A DNA stretch of 50,641 nt from Pelomyxa schiedti. Lineage: Eukaryota > Protista > Evosea. A model generated the notes under the pieces. It was given only the letters and a program-made list of their open reading frames with translations. It was not told where the DNA came from and made no database searches. A program made the translations under genes and the position numbers. Each line of letters starts with the position of its first letter. Position 1 is the first letter of the stretch. Below, one piece after another: positions 10,080 through 21,100 of the stretch. The stretch lies in NCBI GenBank assembly GCA_020536535.1, contig JAHLWZ010000910.1:1-50641 (forward strand), given 5' to 3'.

Positions 10080-12538
10080 ATGCTGCGCTGGCTGTCGCAC
10101 AAAACTACGTCTGCGGCGCCGCCGTCCCCCCCAAGCACCTCTGCGGTGACTACAACAACCACGGTGACACCCGCCGGCGGTGCCCGCACGGCGCCGCAGA
10201 CCACCGGCAGTGGTACCACCAACACATCTCCCACGCCCACCATAGACGACGGGGCGTGGACGAACATCGACTCCAGTTCTCGCGCTTCGCCGTCGTCCCT
10301 CGCGTCGTGCGTTGCCCCCCCCACACCACCACCAGGAACAGGAACAACAGCATGGTCTGGAATGGGAACAGGAATGGGGGTGGGAATGGGAATGGGAATG
10401 GGAATGGGAATGGCAAGTGGAATGGGGGGTGGTGTTAGCGCGATGATGACTGCGTCGGGGTCCCCCGTGGCATCCAACATGCTTATGACTATGTCGGCCA
10501 CTACGCAGCGCCGCATGGACCAGCTACGGCTCCAGCCGACCCCCTTGGCCCCCGCCACTGACGGCCGCGACCCCGTCGTCACCAGCACAGGGTGTGTTAA
10601 CAGCAATATCGATGCATTCAATACCACCATCAACAGCTGCAGCAGTACATGTGGACTATCGCACCAAACTGTTCAGCCGGGTACAGTGTTCGTTGATGAC
10701 CAGAATGACATTTACACGTTGAGTGATGACGAGGGGGACATTGGCACGGGTGTTGGTTCCGGTTCTGGTGCTTTCTCTGGTGCAGTCCCTTCATCCGTGC
10801 CAGGTCGCGATTCTGCTATTCTGTCGGGTGAACCTTGTTCCATGCCGCAGCCTCCACCCCCTGCCAGTGCCTTGTTCAGCTCCTCGACGGCAAGCTTTGT
10901 GAATCCTGGTGTAAGTGAGGGGGAGGGGGAAGAAGGCCGGGACACCAACCCGGTCCGCGATTCCGCTGAGCCAGAGCCACGGGATGAGGGTTCTGCTGCC
11001 AATGCGGCTGATCAAACGTTCACTTCTAGGCCAATGGCGCCTGTCGTAGAACAGTCGGAGGCCGTCGTGCAATTTCGCCCTTCCTTGAGCCCTGATCACA
11101 CGTGCTTTGCTCTACCAACCAAGACTGGGTACCTTATCTTTTTTTTCCCCCTCGACCAACATACTGATTTCGGTACACAGCTATAAATTATTCAGATGTG
11201 AGCCCTTTGGCCTTATCAATGAATACAGTACGACATCATTTCTTCTTACCATCAAATCAACAGCACAGCTTTAGCAACCAGTCATTCTTGTTTGACTGCA
11301 AATTAGATTTTGGTGAGCGTATTGGAATAGTGGAAATGCAATGTGGGTGCGCCGTAATATAGCCCTACACCTCCCTACGAACCAACGCACAACAGGGCTG
11401 ATTATGTAGCACTTGTTGGAGCTTGTTACCAGCCCACCTTCCCTCAGCACAAAGTAACTCCCTCCTCCCATCAGATCAGAATCATTGGCCAATAATAAGC
11501 AGTTAGTTTTCTGGGACTACAAACGGCAAGAATTCCTTGCTACAGTCGAGTTTCCACATGCAATAAACTCTGTCAAGTTGAGAGAAAAAAGGTATGCACT
11601 TTCCCCAACAATTCTCCCCACAAGTTACTCCACAGAGCATTTGTAGTTGTGGTACCGTTTCTTTGCGTCTATTCCTTGTATGATTTCCAGCTCCGCCGAT
11701 TTACAATTTCGGAAGAAGGTAAATGCATTTGCCACTTTGGTCACTCCTTACGAACCATGTAGGTCTCTTTGCTGCAAGTACTGGAGAAGAAACCACTGTT
11801 GCCTTTGCTGGTCCTACGGTACGTAATTTGCGTTGTTATTAAACTTCACTTTCTACAGAAAGGACAAGTTTGTATCCAAAACCTCTCCATTTCATCTCCT
11901 CTGTGTGTCATTCAAGCCCATGCACACGCCTTACAAGCCATTGCAATCTCAATGGATGGACAAAAGATTGCCACCGCCTCAATCCAAGTAAATAAGGTCA
12001 TTTGCTATATTTCAGCATAACAAAATAAAAAAAAGGGAACAAGGATATGCATTTGGAGCTCTGAAGGAATGGTTCTCAATAAATTGAAGAGGGGGATCGA
12101 TGTTGCTGATATCGCCTGCCTGAACTTCAAACCGGACCCTCTGGAACTTGTTGTATCCTCCAACAAGCACACAATACATATTTTCAGTACCGTGTAAGTA
12201 TCTTTCTGCACCTGAGTAAAAGCACTCATCTATCAAACAGTGCACAAACGGACTTGAAATCATGGTAAAGAGCAAACTATGCCAAGGTTTTTTCCTTATC
12301 CTATTAGGGCAATGGGATATCTGTCCATTGGGAACAGCAGTGTGAGACAATTTCCAGTAACAACCACAAGCTCTCTTGTGTGGTTTGGTCTGCAAAGCAA
12401 CTTCTATCGTATGGCCCACACAACTTAACATCCCACAAACTCATTCTTTTGGAATTCACAGAACTCACCAAAGACGCATTACTAGAGTTTAATACCCAAA
12501 ACCCCACGGCCAATCCCACCGAACACCCTCTCACGTGA
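10080..12538 (+). CDS. PROPPIN / WIPI-ATG18-family WD40 protein with ~340-aa low-complexity N-terminal extension
   Basis: Propeller segments SPDHTCFALPTKTGYKLFRCEPF, LVFWDYKRQEFLATVEFPHAINSVKL, IQAHAHALQAIAISMDGQKIATASIQ|GTRICIW, NKLKRGIDVADIACLNF and VSSNKHTIHIF align to WIPI3/4-type consensus. TGA at 12536-12538. Confidence 0.85.
10359..10425 (+). repeat. (GGGAAT)n hexamer repeat encoding Gly-Met dipeptides
   Basis: About five perfect copies at 10382-10412 plus degenerate flanks; translation MGTGMGVGMGMGMGMGMASGMG. Confidence 0.85.
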
Positions 12539-12619
12539 TTACCTTTAGATACTCCCACTTGTACTAAACAGTTCTTTCTATTCCGAAGTTTTGCTTTCTA
12601 AAAAAACAAAAACCGTTGA

Positions 12620-15600
12620 ATGAGTGGTGCGGAGGATAAAGGGGCAGGGTGTGTGGGCAAGTCCATTACGGATTGTGGTACTGCCGTCTCTACACGAGTG
12701 CCTTTGACTTTCGACGTCAAACCCCGGTTCATTACACTGGAAAATGGACTCACTGCCTGTTTGTTTTCTGACCCAACTGCTGATAAGGTTGGTTGGTTTG
12801 TTAGTGCATGAATTGTGGGCGAACTGTGTGTTTGCTTGCGTATTTCCTGATTGGGTTTTGGTTGGTCCTTCTCTAAGTTTTTGTTGCTTACTGTATTTGG
12901 GTTGTTCTTATTTCAGGCTGCCGCCTCAATGTCTGTGAGGATAGGCTCTGATCAAGATCCAGCTAATATCCCTGGGCTAGCTCATTTTCTTGGTAGCACC
13001 AGGTTGATCTATTGGTGGTTCTAATATTTTTTTTTTTGTTTTTTTTCTCTTTGTTTATCAGAGCACATGTTATTCCTCGGGACTGAGAAGTATCCTGATG
13101 AGACCTCCTACAAGGATTTCATGCAAAAACATGGTATATGAGATATTTTAAGTCTCGTTCTTTAACTTTGACCTACAGGTGGTACTAACAATGCCTACAC
13201 TGCTGGCCAGGTTTGTCCTTGTTTTCCGTGTGTGAAAGCACATCTATGCTCAGGAAACAAACTACCACTTTGATATCACTGCCCCTTTCCTTCAAGGAGC
13301 TCTGGACTTGTTTGCCCAATTCTTCATAGCTCCACTTTTTACTGAGAGGTGGAGTGTTTCCTCTTTCGGCTATCACTTAGCTCATTTTTAGTGCGACAGA
13401 CAGAGAAATTAATGCCGTCGATTCAGAGCATGCTAGAAATCTTCAAGATGAAGGCCGCCGCCGAGCGCAAGTTAGTGGCATTATTATTTACTGCTCATCT
13501 CTAAATTGGTGGCAGCTTATTTATATGTGTTGCACTACTGGTCACCCACTTGCAAGATTCAAAACAGGCTGCAAGGAAACGCTAATGGCCCAAGGCTTAC
13601 AGGCTACACGCGAAGCACTAATAAGTTTTTATCAAAAATTCTATGACCCATCTCTGATGAAGTTGTCTGTTCTTGGAAGGTTGTCTGCATGCAATTTTCA
13701 AAGTAGTACTCATGTCTCACAGGGAATCACTGGATGAATTGGAGGCACTGGTAAGAGAACTATTCTCAGGAATAAAGAAGCGTCCACAGGCTCCTGATAT
13801 CACTTCCCCAGTACCTGTGTTTTCATCAGAAAAAGCTGGTTCTGTGTTTCACGTAGTTCCTGTCAAAGAGGTATCTGTTCTCAAAGAATTATCAAAGTTG
13901 TTCACTTCTACAGGGAAACCAAGTCTCTATTTTCTGGCCAATGCCCCCAACTGATATTTTCTACAAAGAAAAGCCAACTCACTATTTAGGGCACCTACTT
14001 GGGCATGAATCAAAGGGCTCTCTTTTGTATCCATTTTGAACTTTCTCATCACCCTTGCTTATTTGACCGTTTCTTTCCAAGTCACACCTTAACAATCCCT
14101 ATATATTACATGAAATCAATTGGATGGGCTACTTCCCTTGTTGCCGGTACTTGGCGTTCACGAACAGATTCTACTGTATTCATGTGTGACATAACCGTTA
14201 CCGAGGCTGGTTTGGAGCACAAGTAGCAACTGCAAGCCTGTTTCTTTTTTGACTTCCTTCAGAGAGGATATAGTTTCTCTTGTTTTTCAGTACATCAAAA
14301 TGTTAAAGTCAGTTGGAGTTCAACCGTGGATATTTGAGGAACTGAAAAACCATTCTGAAGTAACTTTCAGTTTCATGTCAAAGATGCAGCCTTCGTCCCT
14401 TACGCAAATGACTGCCTCTTGTACTACTTTTCAATGCACATGATATGCCATGGATAACCTTGTTTCCCAGCAATGCATCTATACCCTACACACGACGTTT
14501 TCTGTGGTCCTGAACTGATGGAAGTGTACAACCCTGACCGAATCAGCCACTTCCTGAACTTTCTAGTTCCTGAGGCTGCCATTATCCTTTACTCTTCCAA
14601 GTCTTTTTCCGATATTGCCTCGGAGACGGAGAAGTGGAATGGTGCCTGCTATAAGTAACCGCCAATATGTGCTCAAATACTTTTAATCATTCCATATCAG
14701 CGTGACGAACCTATCAAAAGAGTTAATAGCCAAGTGGAATACGGATGCTGTTACTTCCAGTCTTCACTTACCCGCAAGAAATGAATTTCTCTCAAGCATG
14801 GCCTCACTTACTCAGAAAGTCGTACATAAACGCTCTTACTGTAGCTAATTCCATGGTAGGTTCTTCCAGAAGTTCCCCAGAAATTTCCCTCTCTACTTCT
14901 AAAAAATGATAGAGTTACTTGTTACCATTGGCAAGACTTCATATACCAAGTATTTTACTTCTCATGTCCAAGTATTAACTCCTTTAGGTACCAAAAATCG
15001 TGGCTTGTTTTAGATTATACTCTCCAATGGTTTTTTTTCCGCAATAGTCAATAAGGAGTCAAAAATTTGCTAGATGTATGGTACCCCGCAACTGAGTACC
15101 CTCACAAGAATGTTTGTTGCACTTTGCCTTGACATCATGAACCAATGGATCTACATGTCCGAAATTGCAGGCCATAGTGCTGGTTTTGTTGTCAATTCCC
15201 TCGGAATTCAAGTAAGCTAAACATACACTCTCAAATATAACGCAAGTACAGGTTATTTCTTATGGCTACTCAGATAAACTTCATATCCTTCTACAAAAAG
15301 TCTTCCACTTGCTAGCTTCTTGCGCACCCCTGTTTGAGGAACAACGATTTGCCATGATAAAACAACGAATGATTGACAGAAGGGCTTCCATAAGTACCAT
15401 GCAGCCAACCATCCAGTGCTCAAAAAAATTCCACGTATGCCTCAATCGTGATAATTAATCGGCCTCAAACGAACCCAGGATCTTATGTGCGATTTTCATT
15501 GGACAGTGGAAGAAAAACTTGCAGCTTTGAAAGAGGTTGTGCCATGTAACTCTATTTCAGCTAAACAGTCTAGATCACCTTCGAGGATATCAAATGGTTT

Positions 15601-16835
15601 GCCTCGCGGCTTTTTACATCTCCTGTGTGCGTAACAGGCCTGATAATGGGAAACATATCTCAAGAAGAATCCATGGAAATCATCAAGTATCATTTACGGG
15701 GAGTGAAGAGTGACTTCTAACTTTTTACAAGAAATGTGGAAATGAATGTCTGCCCCACTCTGCGACCTCCAGTAGAACTATGTAGGAGACATGTTGCCCT
15801 CTCGGCTGGAACGGAGTATGTTTTCCAGAGTTTGTTTCTTACTAAGTCGACAAAAGGTTGTGTTACCCATTTGTGCATCCCAATCCTGCAGGTTCCTTTT
15901 CAACCCCGCAATAACTATTGAGTTTGGGTAGATGTAAATTCGGCCGTACTTGTGTACTTTCAAATTGGGGAAGAGGCTTTGCTAACAAATATTCTAACGG
16001 TGAGTACTTAAAATGGGTTTTTGTCTTTGTTTTATCGAACAACAGGATTTTGTATGCCATCTTATTTATGAGCAGTGTTACTTTGAATTACGTCAGAGGC
16101 AGCAGCTCGGTTATGTGGGTATAGTGAAGAATCTGTCTCTCAACAATTGACTTCTCCAGTTCACAGCGGGTTGAAGGTCGTTCGCGGCATTCAGGGGTTT
16201 TACATTTCTGTCCAGTCATCAAAATATGATCCAAACATACTGCACCAAAGGGTGGAGCAATTTGTGGTGGACTTCTTTGAAATAATGAAAGGAATTTCTG
16301 ACGAGGACTTCAACACATACAGAGACAGCCTCATCGCAAAGAAGTTGCAGAAAGATCTTAGTTTATTGCGGTTAAATGATAAGCACTGGAATGAAGTGGT
16401 GGGTTACCTTCCAGTCTCTTCAAAGCAATTAAAGACAACCCCGTAGATAAGAAAAAGATACCAATTTGATAAATTACAAAAAGAAGCAGCAGAACTCACA
16501 AAAGGTTTCCATCCTAAGTAATCAATCACTCTTCATTCACTCAACTTCCTTCCAGTCACAAAGGATATGGTCATCGAGTTCTACTCCCAACATATTGTTG
16601 ACAAAACCAAACGCAGGAAATTAGTTGTTCAGGTACAATCAGACCCACATCATCCATGCATGTTAACATTTTGCAGTGTTTTTCCGCTAAGCACAAAGCA
16701 GCTGAAGCTCCATCACCTGATTCCACTTCCACACCATTACCGCCTGGTACTATTATTGCTGATCCAATTCACTTCAAAAACACCATGCCCCTGTTCCCCT
16801 TGTCGTGGTGCAAGACCCCCAATAATCAACCATGA
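12620..16835 (+). CDS. IDE: Insulysin (insulin-degrading enzyme)-like M16A zinc metallopeptidase, multi-exon
   Basis: Motifs seen: LENGLTACLFSDPTADK, GLAHFL|EHMLFLGTEKYP (inverted HxxEH split by intron 12993-13061), NAVDSEHARN (third Zn ligand), FELRQRQQLGYV (C-terminal Arg/Tyr motif), and terminal DPIHFKNTMPLFP. TGA at 16833-16835. Confidence 0.92.
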
Positions 16836-16927
16836 AAAAAAAAAGACGATGTCCCACAAAAGAAAGAATGAGGAAAACCGTTATCTTATAACTTAGATGA
16901 GGCAGCAATAACACAAAAAATCACTGG

Positions 16928-17878
16928 CTACTCAGTGACAAATAGATACACTGCATACAGATACTGCTTGAATGTGAGTGTGTGGCTTTTTTGCTGAGGT
17001 GCAGCCCTCCTAACCAGAGACTGAACTCTCTGCTTGGATATATCCGGGTTCGTACTAGTGGTAGAAGAACTGGAAGCTGCTAACGCAGAAGCGGAGGATG
17101 TTGAACTTGCACTGGTTGTGGTTATCATCGTTGCTGTTGGAGGAGGTGTGGCGCGGGTGTGTGTGGGCGTTACTGCGCTTCCGGGGTGTTTGGTCATAAC
17201 TAACTGTTTCAGGCACTGGGCGAATTCGTTGGCTGTGATGGCTCCGTCGCGGTTGCCGTCGAGCCGCTGGAAAAGTGTTTTTAGAAGCTGGAAGGCATCG
17301 TCGACCTCGTCTTTCTCCTCGGTTTCGGCTTCATTCTGTGTTGTTTGTTGGTGCACTGGAAAAAAATGTGGTAGTGGAGGAGTTGAAGAGAGTTACAAGA
17401 GAATCAGGGAAACAGCAATGAGGCACCACAAGTTGGGAAGGAAGGGAGAGACAGAACGAAAAAAAAACGAAAGAGGGGGTTTTGTTTACGGGAGAAGAGT
17501 AGTCGTCGTCTGCGAACCACAGGAACAAAGCGTAGAGGAATTCGTCAAATTCCACAGTGCCACTGTTGTTGTAGTCAACTTTGTTTATAAACACAGCCCA
17601 TTCATCATCAGGGCAGGGCTCCCCAACCATCCCCTCCACCACAGCACGAAATTCTGCTATCGTTATGACTCCATCTGCTTATGTTGAGTACTGTTTTAAA
17701 ATTTGGCGGTTTTGGTGGCAAATGTGAACGCGTGGGTGCATGCTCCGGGGACATGGGTATAATAAACGTTTTTTTCTCCGTCCGTCAAAAACCCAAACTA
17801 CAAACCATTGTTGAGGTCAAATGCCCTGTACTTGTCATGCAAGCCAGAGAAAAGAACTTTGAGAACTTCATATGACAT
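16928..17878 (-). CDS. EF-hand Ca2+-binding protein (three canonical loops, one degenerate)
   Basis: ATG at 17878 (MSYEVLKVLF). Loops are DLNND|GVITIAE (joined across intron 17675-17805), DYNNSGTVEFDE and DGNRDGAITANE, followed by a Ser/Thr-rich insert and a degenerate fourth loop. Stop at 16928. Confidence 0.8.
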
Positions 17879-18127
17879 TTTATGCCCCAACAAGCACAAC
17901 AGAAAACCTCACTGACTCAACCCCACCCTTTTCCACAACAACTCGGGTGTGACCTCTTTGGTGTGGGTTTTGGTTATTTTGGTTTCACCGCTTCACCAAC
18001 GGAAGCCGAAAATGAACCCCGAAGTACTTTAGGGGAATTTGATCACTGAAAACCGTAGTATTGTATTGTACAACTATATCGTATATAAGGACAATTGGGG
18101 TGGCAAGCTTTTGGGTGTTGTGGGAGT

Positions 18128-21100
18128 CTAACTTTCGGTTGGAGACTGGTAGAGCTGGTTTGTTGACATTCCAACCCCTGTCTCGTCGTAAATGGGGTTC
18201 TCTGTGATGCCTGCACTCGTACCATCAAGCAGCGAGTTTGGAATGTACCAATTGGCTCCGTACCGAATGTGCTTTTTTTTTTTTTTTTTTTTGTTAGATC
18301 TTCGGCCTTACCAGTTATAGTTATATTTTATTATTAGTTTACTATCGTTGGTATTGGAATGAGGAATTCACCTTGTACAGGAAAAAGCCAGCAACACCGG
18401 CAGCACAGCAACCAATTACGAGGCCAATAAAGGTGCCTGAAGCTATCAGAGAGTTTTGTTTTATCTCTGCATTGCACTTGCTAGCGTCCGTTGTTGTTCC
18501 GCCACACCGTCCACACACGTCGTTTGTCAGATTGCTATACTGCTTCCCGTCACAGCCGAGACAAGTTGAATTGCCATTGCACACTCCGCAGTAGTCATAC
18601 AAAAGGCCAGATCCAGGTACACCTAAAAAGTGGGGAAAATGAGCCTAATGAGGAAAGGTTCATGTGGAATCGGTTCTCACCATCACATCCCATGCAAGTC
18701 TGGTTATCCCCTCCACATACACCACAAGCATCCCAGTGCTTGCCACTCCACAGGCGCGCGTCGCACCCAATGCAAGTTGTGCCGTCTCCACCACATATTC
18801 CGCAAGTGTCATATAAAAGGAATGACCAAGGTACACCATCACACCCGACACAAAAGTTGGACCCGCCGCAGACATCACACCTAGGGAAATTTAGAGAAAA
18901 CATTGCAAACAACCTCCATACTTGTCGTAAACTGCTCCAGACCATGCAATATAATCACACCCAAAGCACGCGTTGCTCTCTGAAGCATTTGTAACGCAGG
19001 CACCACACATGTCATATTGCAGGTTCCCTGGTTTGCCATCGCACCCAATGCAATCATCTTTCCCTCCACAGACACCGCATTTATCAATCTGCTGCTCAGA
19101 CCACGGAACGTGGTCACAACCCAAGCACGTATTGTTTCCCTCACAGACTCCACAATAGTCATATGTGGATCCAGACCAGGGGATTCCATCACACCCAAGA
19201 CAGTCATTAGTTCCGCCGCAAACGCCGCAACTGTGCAAATCAATAAGGCGGTTTTCACGTTGCGAAATGAGTGGCTTACCTATCTTCCACTGTCCCAGAC
19301 CACGGCACATAGTCGCACCCAAAACAAAGATTCATCATCGATGTATTCGATGTGCATTCCCCGCAGGAATCATATTGCATGTACCCAGGAAGCCCATCAC
19401 AACCAATGCACTCATTAGAGCCACCACAAATTCCACATTTGTCAAGTACCTGTGCTTCCGTTAATGGTATAATGGAAACGTAAAACATACTGCCCCAGAG
19501 AAGGGAACGTAGTCACAACCCAGACAGGTGTCATTGCCTTGGCAGACACCACATGAGTCATATCCGACACCTGACCACGCAACTCCATCACATCCAAGGC
19601 AGTTGTCGTTTCCACCACATATTTCACACCTTGTTTTTTTGTTGGAATTACATATGTGGAACGGGAATACTTGTCAACAACAGCCCCAGACCACGGTACG
19701 TAATCGCAACCACAACATAAATTTTGTTTGGTTGGATCCGATGTACACTCGCCGCAATTGTCATACTGCAAGTTTCCAGGGAGTCCATCACACCCAATGC
19801 ATTCGTTTGATCCACCACATATTCCACACTTATCGACTATCTGAGATAGGTGAGACTTCTACACAAAAAAGAAAAACATCCTCACAGATTTTGACCAGGG
19901 AATATAGTCGCACCCAAGGCAGGTATCATTCCCAAGGCATTCCCCACAACTATCATACTGTGAACCAGACCATGCAACACCATCACATCCAAGACATGCG
20001 TTTGACCCTCCACAAGTCTCGCAACTGTGCAGATACAATGTTATGAAAAATGAGAGTGCAAAATAACAACCTGTCTTCGACCTTTCCTGACCATGGGATA
20101 TAGTCACATCCAAGGCATTGATTGATTTTAGTACTGTCTGAAGTGCATTCGCCACATAAGTCGTAAAGAAGGTTCCCAGGAAGTCCATCACAACCAATGC
20201 ACTCATTGTGGCCTCCACAAATTCCACAGTCATCAAAATCCTGGACAAACACCTTAGACACCATGCAAAGCACCGAAGAGGTAAACTGCATACAGTTTTT
20301 GACCAGGGTATATAGTCGCACCCAAGGCATGTGTCATTCCCCATGCAGACGCCACAGGCATCATATTGCGACCCTGACCAGGGCTCTCCATCACACCCAA
20401 GGCATGCATTTGTTCCGCCGCAAATGTCGCATCTGAAACAAGTAATTATTATTGGGAAAATGGTACTGGGGGCAACTTGTCTGGTACTGCTCCAGACCAA
20501 GGGACATAATCGCATCCAAGACATAGATTCATCATCTCTGGATCCGAAGTACATGCTCCACACATGTCATATTGCAGATAGCCAACATTCCCATCGCACC
20601 CAAGACACTCGTTAGAGCCACCACATATTCCACATTTATCTACAACCTACAAGGACTGAGCAAGAGGTAACTAAGAATAGGCATACGGCATATGACCATG
20701 GCTCATAATCACAACCAAGACATGTGTCATTTCCGGAGCATGCGCCACAGTTATCATACTGTGCGCCTGACCATGGCTCATCGTCACACCCAAGGCAGCC
20801 ATTGGATCCACCGCAGATATCACATCTGTGTAATTTAAATCGCCCAGACAGTATAACACCCACACGGATTACCTGTCTACAGTGGTGCCGGACCAAGCAA
20901 CATAGTCACAACCAAGACAAAGATTTGCCAGAGTAATATTGGAAGTGCATTCCCCACATAAATCATACGGCAAGTTCCCTGGAAGCCCGTCACATCCAAG
21001 GCACTCATTACTACCTCCACAGATTCCACAGTCATCTACCTCCTATTTTTTATCATTATGAAATCCCACCATTTGATGTGGTACCGCATTTGACCATGGC

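Noticed and set aside
8291-11099. Many long overlapping ORFs on both strands (e.g. 8767-9384+, 9355-10071-, 9995-10633-)
   Set aside because: Expected in GC-rich low-complexity coding DNA, with no independent domain signal.
16790-16835. Peroxisomal targeting signal on the insulysin homologue
   Set aside because: The predicted C-terminus is ...NNQP*, not an SKL-like tripeptide.
18372-18392. GFF at the end of the TM helix (AGFFLYK) resembling the integrin alpha GFFKR motif
   Set aside because: KR does not follow directly, and the rest of the protein is beta-like. Probably coincidental.
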